From the NCBI RefSeq assembly GCF_006345805.1, contig NC_043000.1, positions 136,958,001-137,022,000 on the forward strand: 64,000 nucleotides of DNA, written 5' to 3'. Below the pieces are notes generated by a model, which worked only from the letters and a program-made list of their open reading frames with translations, was not told the origin of the DNA and did not search any database. The translations under genes and the position numbers were made by a program. Every line of letters begins with the position of its first letter. The stretch's first letter is position 1. The stretch is from Octopus sinensis (Eukaryota). Below are positions 50,900-62,956 of the stretch, piece by piece.

Positions 50900-51158
50900 C
50901 AATTGCAGCGAGGAAGGTGTTTATAAGCCATTTAAAAACATGCAAAAACCATTAGATTCACTTCAACATTTAAATTTAATTTGTCAGGCTATTTTTGTCG
51001 TTTTGAAACCATGAACTGTTCACAGACAAAATTCCATGCTGCAGGTCGCAGTTTCAAAGTGATGAAAATATTATGACTAATTAAATTTAAATGTTGAAGT
51101 GAATCTAACGGTTTTTGTGTTTTTAAATGGCTTATAAACACCTTCCACTCTGCAGTTG
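50900..51158. mobile_element. TA-adjacent diverged palindrome with decayed hammerhead remnants (Penelope-like, putative)
   Basis: ggaaggtgtttataagccatttaaaaaca...ttagattcacttcaacatttaaatttaat is inverted at about 51079-51146; inner arms read GUGAACA...(G)AAAAUA on minus and gtcgc...gtgat-GAAA-atat-ta-tgac on plus. Confidence 0.6.
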
Positions 51159-51212
51159 TTTTTATTTCAGCACACGATCTTAAAGCAAGTCACTTGCTAT
51201 GCAAGTACATCT

Positions 51213-51247
<35 letters not shown>

Positions 51248-51249
<2 letters not shown>

Positions 51250-51451
51250 AGATGGGTACTGAAAAGTTCCTGGCCTTAAAGATATTGCGAAAGACCTGGT
51301 TGGAGGCCCAACCTTCTGACATTCTTTACAAGGCTTAGAAAAACTGAAGGATTGTTGCAATAAGTGTGTGAATATATTGAATAAAATCATAATTAACTGG
51401 TCCTCGTGTCTTTTCTTTTACCCAAAGCCAGGATTTTTTCAGCACCCCTTG
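51248..51451 (+). mobile_element. Mariner-derived MITE, second copy
   Basis: TIRs gggtactgaaaagttcctggc and gccaggattttttcagcacccc; body matches 14991-15193. Confidence 0.78.
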
Positions 51452-52904
51452 TGTGCGTGTGTTTATACATTTATATATACACACACACATATATATGATG
51501 CCCTTTTTGATGCCAACCACTATACAGTGTACTAAGTTCATGTTTATTGTGACTCCAACACTGGATAGACAGTCCTATCCTCAACACAAAAGGACTATTT
51601 TTACATAGGTTGGGAGGTCTTCACAAGACATGATCCTTGATCATCATCATCGTCGTCCTGTAATGTGTCCATTTTCCATGCTGGCTGAAATTCAGGTCTT
51701 AAGGTTAGTTTTCACATTTTGTCCCCGTTTCCATCCACCTGGAGAGCATTATACGACTGGCATTCCCTTTATGCATCACACATCATTATCATTACAGTCT
51801 CCTCTGTTGCGTACTACATCTAATTCTACTTATATCCATCCAGTTTTTTCTCAGCTTATTTTGTGCTGGTGTTCATATTCATATCACCACACTTTTTTGT
51901 GCCTTTCACTATGTTTTCACATTCAAAGCCTGAATCACACTGTCATGCAGCATTGCACTTAGTACGTGCACAAGTTGTTGGTGAAATATCGAATTAAATT
52001 TGAATAAATTATATGAAATAATGATGCAGTTGAAATATGTAAATATTGTTATATTATCTACTTATATTTACTATAAAAATGACTATTTCTTAATAATTGT
52101 TTCTTTGGTGTGGTGTTAAATTTCGTGGTGAATTTATTTAGGAAGTAAATTTTATCCCTTTGTCTATAGATAAAATATATTCCTTCAAACTGATGCTCAT
52201 TGTCTCAATGATTTGATTTAAAAACTAATCAGAGTTGTCTTGGTGTTGATAAAATAAACAGCAATATGCTATTTAGGTTAGTTATTCTCTTCATTTAACT
52301 GTATACACACACCTCCGTTGAATTGGAGTTACTGAAATTAATTTTAATTTCTTTTACAATTGACCAAGAGACAAAATTAGTATCGTTTGCCACAGCTATC
52401 GCTACTACCTTTAATTAGGGAAAAATTTAAATTGTGAAGTTTAAAATAATAAAAATAATCAAAACCTGCAATAATGCATAATAAACAATAACAATTAGTT
52501 TGTGTAATCAAGAGTGAAAGAAAAAAAAACAACTTTAAATTGTTTTCTAAAAATATTTTTCTTAACTTTCTTTAAATGCAAAATTTCTTATAATTGTTGG
52601 GAAGAATGTAATGAGATGGATCAAGTGATTATTTATAATTGAATTGATTGGTTGTTACAAGTGAAACTTCATTTTGTTGAAAATTATTTGCTGAAAGTGT
52701 TCAGTTATTGTTTCAGAGTGCCATCATTTCATTTAGATAAAAATGCACTTTCTGTAAAATATTTGTTTTTTACTTCATAAATATGAATTTATAAGATACT
52801 ACTGTTTTAATATTCTGATTGTATATTGCATGCATGTGCCCTATATTAAATTTTAAGTTACTTTATAGTATAAGATGATTTAAAAAAAATTAGTTTAAAA
52901 TTCA

Positions 52905-53350
52905 GAAGGTGTGGCTGTTTGATTTAAGAAGTTTGCTTCCCAACAACATGGTCCTGGGTTCAGTCCCACTGCATGGCACCTTCAGCAAGTGTCTTCTATT
53001 GTAGCCTTGAGTCAAACAAGACCTTGAATGAATATGTTTGACAGAAACTGAAAGAAGATCATCATACATACACATACATACATATATGTATATATGCATG
53101 TGTGTGTGAGTGTATATTAGTATTAATAATAATAATGAGTATGGAGACTTGTACCATCAGACACAGTACTTGACAAGCATTGTTGGTGTGTTTACATCCA
53201 CATAACTTAGCAGTTTGGCAAGAAGAGACAAATAGAATAAGTACCAAGCTTTAAAAAAATTTCAAGTGCTGAGATCAATTCCTTTGGCTAAAAATTCCTC
53301 AAGATGGTGCCCCAGGATGGCGGCAGTCTAAATAAATTGAAACAAGTAAT
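52905..53350 (+). mobile_element. SINE family B, old and strongly CpG-decayed
   Basis: gggttcagtcccactgcatggcacc...aagtgtcttctattgtagcc...gatggtgccccaggatggc...gaaacaagta. Confidence 0.8.
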
Positions 53351-53999
53351 ATATAATATAAAAACAAATATGCTGTATAACATCACTCATAGATAATTGT
53401 TGATATTTTCTTAGTTTTTTTTATTATTTCATATTTCTCAAAACTTTGAGTAATTTTTGCTTCTGATTTTACAAATAGATTATACAATTATATTGATTGA
53501 ACAGTATTATTTTTATTTTTATTCATAGAATGTTAGACCTTCGGGGAATACAAGAGAGAAGATGAGTTGATTTTTACATGGAATTAGCAATGTAAATGAT
53601 ATTAAGAACTATGACTTGAAATTAAAACTAAATTGTATAAAGATTACCATTACACTATGGTATTTATTGAAGTTAAAAAAAAAATGTTTCTGGCACAATG
53701 TTTTGAGTTGCATGGTTATTTGAAATGTTTACTATATGAGAAAATGTATAATTACTTGAACTATATTCTTGTTATTAATGACTAAGCTATTCCTGAGTAT
53801 GCTCATAGCATAGTGATATCATTAAACTTATTGAGAGAATTTGTAGTCAACATGTCTGGTGGTCTAGTTTTGCTTCAAATACTGTTGCTCACTCTAAAGA
53901 TTTGTAATTAGCTATTGGTACTGTATAGAGCACAGTAAGGCAGATAATGATTCCAGGCAGTTTTGATAGTGTTTCTTACAACAAAACAGCATTTATAAA

Positions 54000-54540
54000 A
54001 GATTGTTTTTGATATTCCTTTCTTTCTTTAGGTGCCATGTCCAGAATGTAGGACATAGGCGATCATGTCCTGCCACGATTTTCTTTATTTTCTGTAACAG
54101 TTCCCCCTCCTGGAGTTTAATGCCTCTTTCTCCCAACCAAATTGTCAAGCTTGACATTCTTATCATCTTTCTCCTTCCTCTGCTTTTTTTTATCTTCAAA
54201 TTTTCTGGTCATTGCTAAATTCTCCAGGCCTTCCTTCACTTAAATCTTAGTTTCCCATTTACTGCAGCCCAGGTCATCACTTCATTAGACACTTTGTCTG
54301 TCTATGCTATCCTCAATACTCTACTCAAGAACCACATTTCACAGCTCCCCAAACACCTTCTTGTTTTTAATGCTATAGATCTTGCTTCCATTAACACAGG
54401 ATAGGCATAGCAGTTCAGTATATGGATCAGAGTACAGTTTCTCAAGGTGTTATACAATTTTGGGAATGCAAATTTTGCCAGCATTATTTGTCTTTGAGAT
54501 CCTTCACACATCTTATGTCTTCTGTGATCAAAATTCCAAT
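54000..54540 (-). pseudogene. Decayed RTE-group LINE, C-terminal part of the ORF
   Basis: Track ORFs give RQIMLAKFAFPKL...ILNCYAYPVL...CEMWFLSRVLRIA and KIKKSRGRRK, typical RTE post-RT motifs. Confidence 0.75.
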
Positions 54541-54984
54541 GATGTGATATAGAAGCAGTATTCAGAATATTTTTTTCTCATGCAGGAGAAGCAGAAAAGG
54601 ATGGGCACAATTGAGATAGAATTTTGGAGTATGTTGAAACAGTCTTCCGGCATACATATTTACATGTGAAAGAATGTGGCTGCATAGGGGCTGTATGATG
54701 ATATTAAGGATAGCAGATTTCACATGTTTCAAGTAATGCCACTAAATGTAAAGTTTTCTGAGCTTTTAACTTGTAAATATTTAAATTACAAGACCTTCTT
54801 TAATTTCAGTATAACTGATCAAGATTTATAGAGTCAGTTGAATTACTCCATGCAATTCATTTCTTATTGTACAAGGTGGTCCAAAAATCTTAATACTCCC
54901 TACATATTGCTTATTATTGTCATTATTATCATTATTTTTTATTCTAGCACAACCCCCACATGTAATGATTTGGGCCATCACATC

Positions 54985-55445
54985 AAGTACCTGATAGGAC
55001 CCTATTTCTTCGAGGGCACTGTTAACCAACAATCTTACTTAGCCATGTTAAGGGAGTGGCTTGTTCCACAACTCCCAAGGTTGAATATTGACCTGAATGA
55101 TTGTTGGTTTCAACAAGATGGTGCTCTACCCCACTATGCTAGTCACTGTCCAAGAATACCTAAATGAAGTTTTGCAGGATAGATGGATAGGGCAAGGATC
55201 TCAACAACTTCCAGCACCTGTCGATTGGCCTCCCAGAAGTTCAGACCTCACGTCTTGCGATAATGCTCTGTGGGATATTATCAAGGAGAGAGTTTCACAT
55301 GAATGATACCAGAATACCCTTCTGTTGAAGGATACCGTTCAGAGAGCCTTTGAAGCAATCATCAATGCACAGCTTCGAAAAATGTCACATAGGACATGGC
55401 ACCACCTCATTTTGTGCGACGAAAATAATGGTGGTCATACAGGCT
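54985..55445 (+). pseudogene. Tc1/mariner (rosa/DD41D-like) transposase catalytic-domain fragment
   Basis: LIGPYFFEGTVNQQSYLAML...WFQQDGALPHYA, frameshift, VTVQEYLNEVLQDRWIGQG...WPPRSSDLTSCDNALWDIIKERV, then an in-frame stop. Confidence 0.9.
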
Positions 55446-56359
55446 TTCTTGATGTGTGACAGTGTCAAAGTGAATAAACTAAATCCAGTTCGTGCTTTGG
55501 CTTTCAGCATTACTTGTTTTATTGTTGTCATTACTTTTTGGTAGGGATTAACAAGACTTTCAGACTCCCCTATAGATTAGAACATTGATCACAACCTTCT
55601 ATTTGGATGACATTAGTACCATAAATACAACATATTTAAATGTCAAACGACAAATTAGCTTATTCCATGTCCTTCGACACAAATGCTATCTTTTGTTCTT
55701 TGTTGTTTTTCTCATTTATTTTCTTCACCATCTTTGGTTTTTTTTTCCACAATTTCTTTTTTTTTTTTTTACTTATTTTCTCATTCTTTTGGCTTTTCCT
55801 CACTTGTTCTCTTTTACTTCTTCCTCTTTATTTCTTCCTCTAATTCCTTTCTTTTTACTACTTCACCTCTTGTTTTTTTTTTCTTCTTGGCTTCATATTT
55901 ATTTTTCTGCTCTTTTTCTTTGTTGCTCTATTTCACTGTTGTCTTCTTCTTTGCTTCCTTTTCCTCTCTTTGTCTTGCTTTTTTTTTTTTTTTGCTTCTT
56001 TCACTGTCATTTCTCCTTTGGTATTTTCCTTTCATCTTTTCAGTGCCATGCATTCTCTTTCTCAGTTTTTTTAATCTATCAACCTGCCATTCAGATTTCT
56101 CCACCTTCTGTTGTGTATTCATCATGGTTAATATCCTGCAACTTTTTATAAACAGAAGAGTACTCTCCATTTGAAATAGCAACCTTTTGATTCATAACCA
56201 ATTAAAGCCATTTCCCCAAAACTGCAATGAAGAATACAATATTAAATTTTCAAGATCACTTATTAAAAATTGGTAATTTTTATGGAATTAGATTCTTTCT
56301 ATTTTCTCAGCTTCGTTAACTTTGATTCTGATTCAGTCTTTTTATGACTCCAAAATTCT

Positions 56360-56391
<32 letters not shown>

Positions 56392-59300
56392 TTCTCTCCC
56401 TCTCTCCCTCTTACACACACTCAACTATCAATGTGTGTATCTCTCTTGGTTTTACTCTTTCTGCTCTACTTTTCTTTTCTGGCTTAATTTCTACAATACC
56501 CCCTCCCCTCTGTTTCATTGTTTATTTTATATTATTCTTTGCTTTCACTTTAGCTTTACTTTTTCAAATCTTTCTCACTTTAGTTCTGATACTCTGGAGA
56601 TTATCCACAACATGCCACACTTTAGCTTGTGTATTATATAGTTCTTACTTTACATTCCATTGTGTGTGTGTGTGTGTGTGTTATGAATGCATAATTATAT
56701 ATGTGCACATGTTTTTGCACCTCTGGGGATCTCTTTCTATGCATTACAATATTTACATATATATGTATCTGTCTCTCTATGGCCATGCATATATTCATGT
56801 ATCTACATGGTTATGTGTTCATCTGTAAGTATGGCCATGTGTGTATCTACGTGTCTTCCATGAACATATATGTGTTTCTTTTTTCACACATATGTACATT
56901 TCTGCATTTGGTTAGCAATGTATATGTTTGTACACTTATGTTTACGTGATTCGTAGTTTCAGTCTGTGTATATCAAGCCAATTATGTTAGATGTAAGAGT
57001 ATATAAAAGTAGTCTTATATCTATGTTTACATTGATTTTCTTTGTATTTCCTTTATTCAATCTATTTTCATAATTTTGTCTTTTTTAATTAATCCGGCTT
57101 TGGAAAGTTTAAATTTAGTTGTTTTTATTAGAAATAAGAGATTTAGATTTCAATAAACTGGATTTCTATTTATTATTTATTTTATATTCCAACTTTAGAA
57201 TTAGCTGCTAAGAATCATAAAACTAACTAAAGCAAATATTCCCAGAGAAATTTAGCAGCCTTTGATAGATCTAACATAGAATTTCAGAATGACTATATTG
57301 TTCTTATTGCAGACAACAGCTTTATAGATATTTCTTTTCTTAATTATTTTTCATCAAACTATTTTTGTTTTCATTGCTCTATCTTGTTAGTAAAGGTTGA
57401 ATGGATTTGAAGATTTAGACATGAAATTTATAACTGAATACTACTGAAGTAAAGAGAAAGTGTCTATTTTTCAGCTGTATTAAAATTGCATCAGTCAGTC
57501 AGTGCCTTAGATGTTAGCCGTTTGGAACCTCAGTGTGAATTTGTTGGATTTTGATATATATCTGAAAATAAAATGTTACAGTTTATGTAAGAGCACCTAA
57601 TCTAGCTTATCAATAGATCTTATTGATAGTAGCTTAACAGTAGGTCAATATCTAGTGTTTCATTGATCATCTAGTCATATACCACTAATTTGTTAGATCA
57701 GATATAACTATTGTAACAATGATGACAATAACTATTAATTGTTAATTGGTTATCTGATAGATACTAGAATGTCTGTTTACTGTATACTTAGCTCATAATC
57801 AACATGCTAACAATTGCGATTTTTAGCCAACAAGGGAGTCACTGCATGGTCATTTGATATTATTGATCTGGCAGCCAAATCATATCCTACTATCTTAGAA
57901 AGGGAACACATCCTGAATATACAAAAAGATAGGATAATTCATGTTGGAAAGTAATCGATCTCCTTGCTCATGTCTGACTAAATGCTAAACAACCACTTTT
58001 GCACTATAGGCATCCACCTTGTTATAGAAACATTGCAAACCCAAAATCTTGTGATAACATGTCATTCTGTAATAAGACATCCACATCACATGGAAATATG
58101 TTTTACATTATGGTGTTCCATATTATGACTAGATTTTCAAGGAAACAGTGTCTCTATAATGCAGAGAATACCTGAGTTCATAACTAGTTACAGTTGTGAT
58201 ATAGAATATAGCACATTCCACTTGATTGCAGACTACTTAAAGTAGTCTTTGAAAAGTTCAAAAACCGTATCATCATGTCTTTTGATGGTGTGTATACATT
58301 TAGTATAAAACATAGTTGGCAATTTATATTTAATGCTTGTTCCAATTGACAATATACATACACACATACACACATGTATATCATTGTAATTCAATGCCTC
58401 TCTTCTATGCTGGATGGGTCAGACAATTTGACAGTATCCACCAACCCAGTAGAGTGTATCAAGTTCAACTGGCTGCTCTGGCATGTTTTCTATGGTTGGA
58501 TACCCTTCCTAATGTCAACCTCTTCATAGAGTTTACTGGTGTTTTTTTTTTTTTTGTGGCACTGGTATGTGTGAGGTGTCGTAGTAGCTCACATGACAAA
58601 GTAAACCACCCCTGAACTGAGAGAAAGACGGCTTTATACCAAGTGCTGAGAAACTAAATTATGATAGTGGCACAGGCACAAGGTGTCTTGCTATGCCTGT
58701 CCTTCTGTCATACTTTAACCTCTGAACACTTGACATACACATATATAAAATAATTCTTCAAGCAGTAGCAAGAATAGAGTTTACGATAAGTGGAGTAAGT
58801 GGTTTTGCAAATGAAATTGTCTGGTTGCATTTCGTAATTTTATCTGTTCTGCTTGTTGATTTCAAATATAAATCTGTGACTCAAATAGTCAAATGAGTTC
58901 ATTGAGAAAAAAAAAAAAAAAAAAGAATTCCTTTGAGAAAAGGAAGTGTCAAAACTATTGATAATTTTGTTTAAAAGTAAATGATTGTTAAGAGAGTACA
59001 TGTGTATAATTGGACATTTGTGCATGTATGCCTGTAGCTAATTTAGATCTGATTATATAATTTCTAGGATTAACAATAATAACAACAGCAAAACAACAAC
59101 TGCAGATGCTATGGCAATTGCTATGTGTTCCTACTTCTGTTGTTAGCTGCTCAACAAAAAAAAGCCTTTAATTGTATTTTTCTGGAATGTTATTCACATT
59201 GATGACTGCCAGTGGTATTCAAAATTTTGTTGTTTTCCTTGCTGTTTGAAACTTGTTTTTCTAGTTACCCATTTATAATGCATCATCAGGGATTCCGGTG

Positions 59301-60943
59301 TGTATCTACATTTGCGTGATAATTTCATAGTTATATCATGTTGCACAGAGTAGTGGAGAAGCTGAAAGTCTTCTTCACTTGAATAACTACAAATCTGTAT
59401 TTCTTTATTATTATTATACAGCATGCATTTCATAATGTACTTACACTAGTTCATAAATATGTAATTTGGAGTATCTCAGTATCTATCCTTACCTATCCCA
59501 CTCCATATGATCCTTTCTGTTTATGAAGGACATCCACTAGCGATAAATTATCTATTAATGGGTTTTAAACATATTTTTGTCACGAAAAGGCATACAACAA
59601 AAGAAACAGAAAACCCAAATGATTACTGTAAACACCTAATAAGGCAATTAATATCTGACATTTCTACTTAAGTTAATACCTAATCTACATATATTTTATT
59701 ACTTCTTTTATCTAACAGGGAAAAATATCAAGATAGATGACTTAATTATTATTCTCTTTAGGCTGTTATCATAGTAAGGCTGAATACTTTTCTTTTATAT
59801 TTCCAAGACCGTGATAGTTAGCTGACTTGAAAATTTAAGTCCTCTTATACAACAGTACTCTATTGGTTACAAACATTAAATTTAGTGGAGAGGATGCTTA
59901 TAATTTTGAAACAACTACAGATAAAACAAAAAAAAACAATAACAAATTCTATTGTGTTTTCACTTTCTTGTTGTCAGGTTCTGTTTAATCATCTGTCCTA
60001 CTATATTGAAAATCTAACAACTTTTTGTCACTTGAATTTTATCCTTAGCAACAGCAAAGACCAGATTTTATTTTTGATAGAGGTAAAAACTTTTCTAATA
60101 ATCATTCATGATAATAAAGAAAATATAGAACTCTTACTTTTGAAGGCCATAAATCTTCAGCAATTTTTACAAATATTTGAATTGCATCAATATCCAGTGT
60201 ATATCTAAGTAGACTATGCTATATTTTACTTAGGAGTATCTATGCTCACTAAGTGAAGACTATGAAATTAGGAGTAATATAAATGTTAAAAGTTTGTGAG
60301 TCTTCTATTTTTAAATTTCTGTATGTTGTTAAAAATTCTGCAGAGATAGTAGTTATAATTTTTAAAGTTATAGACTGAAAGCCGACATTATGCTGTATTT
60401 ATGACCAAGAATTATTTAACATTTAATAATGCAGTGTATCTGGCTCAAATTAGACACTATGTGGACATCCAACCTACTATTGTAGACATTGGTAACACTA
60501 TATAATTAATGACTATGTAGTTTATATGAATATATATATCATCACCATCATCGTTTAACATCTGCTTTCCATGCTAGCATGGTTTGGACAATTTTGACTG
60601 AGGGCTAGCGAACCAGCTGGCTGCACCAGGCTCCAATCTTGATCTGGCAGAGTTTCTACAGTTAGATGCCCTTCCTAACGCCAAGGAAGGGCATATATAT
60701 ATATATACACACATATGCATATAAAGAAACATTGATCATAGAACAAACATTGAATTTGAGTCAACGACTTTATATATAACATCATACCTCCAAACATTTG
60801 ATCATATATAAATATCACCATGGTTCTTAAACATATAAAGTAAACGTATACAAAAAACACAGAAGGTAAAAATATATATGTGAATAAAAATACAAAAAGC
60901 GACAAAAATTATTTCTTGTCATACATATATATATATATATGTA

Positions 60944-61240
60944 GGGCACAATGGCCCAGTGGTTAGGGCAGCGGACTCGCGGTTGTAGGATCACAGTTTT
61001 GATTACCAGACCAGACGTTGTGAGTGTTTATTGAATGAAAACACCTAAAGCTCCACAAGGCTCTGGCAGAGAGTGTTGGCAATCCCTGCTGTACTCTTTC
61101 ACCACAACTTTCTCTCACTCTTTCTTCTGTTAGCCTGCTCGCTTAGCCAGTGAAGTGGCGTCACTTGAAGGCTAAAACAATGCGAAGCGCATTGTGACCA
61201 GCGATGTGTAGCAACATCTGATAGCCTGGTCAGTCACAGT

Positions 61241-61245
<5 letters not shown>
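60944..61245 (+). mobile_element. tRNA-headed SINE of a further family, flanked by (TA)n
   Basis: Head ggcacaatggcccagtggttagggcagcggactcgc resembles the family C head; the body differs; single copy in the window. Confidence 0.6.
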
Positions 61246-61279
<34 letters not shown>

Positions 61280-61467
61280 ACACACACACACACACACACA
61301 CCTTGGACATGAATTGTATACTAAACTGATTTTTCTATAGTACAAATATAAAAACAAAATTTCGGGTTATGCAGCTTTAGACCTAACACATTTCAACATT
61401 CTCAAATTGGTCAATTGGGTCTACTTTCTATAGATTTACTTTTGAAAAATAATTTTGAATTTTAAAC

Positions 61468-61506
<39 letters not shown>

Positions 61507-62535
61507 CACAACTTCTTATATTTTTTGTTCCAAAGTTTCATGCCTTATATTAGAAATGATCAACTCTCATGGTTACAGAGGTCAGTTTCATGAAATCTGC
61601 TTGTGTTTGAAAATCTGTCAGTAGATCGTATGCTCTTTATGAGCCGTAATTAAGCTGCTCATGCATAAAATACATTCCTTTTATGATAGACATATGAAAA
61701 AGTGACTGACTGTTGGATGCTGTAACACTATCCTGGCATATTATTTGTTTACATCTGTATATACAACAGATTATTTTCCTGTTACCAACTATTTGTTGAT
61801 GAATAAATTATTTTGCATTAAGTATTAAAGTGTTATTAAATTGTGAATGATCTAATTGCATGATATTGCTGTTTATCTCTAGGTGTATACCTTTTCAAGC
61901 AGATGAATGATTAAAGGCTTTGAAGCAGCAACTAGCCCATCTTTTTTCATTTATCTGAGACTATAGCCAACTCTACCTGTTTTTATATTAAAGGGTAGGG
62001 TATGACCTCAGGGATATCTTACTCCTGTTTCTAACAGTTTAAGCATATAGGTTCCCCTTGGTAGCATCCTTGATCATTGTGCAAGTTTATTTCCTCTCTG
62101 TCAAACTTTGATAACAACAATATATAAACATATAAAATATAAACATGCTATTTCCCCTTTATATTTTGTTATTCTTTTATTGACTTCAGTTAATGTACTG
62201 CTTCCATGGTAGGGTATCATAATCAGTGATCTTTTTAGTTTTTAGTTTTCTAGTCAATAATATCAGTGAATGAACTTATTTCAGTCTGGGACTTATTTTA
62301 TTGTTACCTACTTTTTGAATGGCTAAGTTACCTTTTAAATACAAAATTAGTATGTATGTGTGAGTGTATATATAAAAATGAAGTAGATAAAAAGAAGATT
62401 GATTAAACATGTTGGGATTCAAACTTAAGTGAGTTTCTACTTATAGCTATCAGAAATGTTGTTGGTATTAAATGACACTGGACTGGGTTTATAGCATTCT
62501 GTAAACCAGTTATGAAAAATGAATCAAGTATAGAT

Positions 62536-62701
62536 AGGCGCAGGAGTGGCTGTGTGGTAAGTAGCTTCTCTGCCAACCACATGGTTCTGGGTTCAGTCCC
62601 ACTGCGTGGCACCTTGGGCAAGTGTCTTCTACTATAGCCTCGGGCCGACCAAAGCCTTGTGAGTGGATTTGGTAGACGGAAACTGAAAGAAGCCTGTTGT
62701 A

Positions 62702-62744
<43 letters not shown>

Positions 62745-62956
62745 TTGTGTATCTGTGTTTGTCCCTCTAGCATTGCTTGACAACCGATGCTGGTGTGTTT
62801 ATGTCCCCGTTACTTAGCGATAGAATAAGTACTGTACTGAGACCGATAGAATAAGTACTGGGCTTACAAAAGAATAAGACCCGGGGTCGAGTTGCTTGAT
62901 TAAAAGGCGGTGCTCCAGCATGGCCGCAGTCAAGTGACTGAAACAAGTAAAAGAGA
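62536..62956 (+). mobile_element. SINE family B, full length, with a short internal duplication (gatagaataagtact twice)
   Basis: Collinear with the 8044 and 26853 copies. Confidence 0.92.

Noticed and set aside
53528-54700. Acceptor-like sites at about 53528 and 54585 on plus
   Set aside because: Followed by early stops or no GT donor, and they sit among transposon relics.
55585-56828. Long hydrophobic ORFs resembling membrane proteins
   Set aside because: T/C-rich low-complexity DNA open in overlapping frames, with no recognisable domain.
59194-59433. 79-aa minus-strand ORF with ordinary composition
   Set aside because: No recognisable homology and no polypyrimidine acceptor; cannot be supported as an exon.
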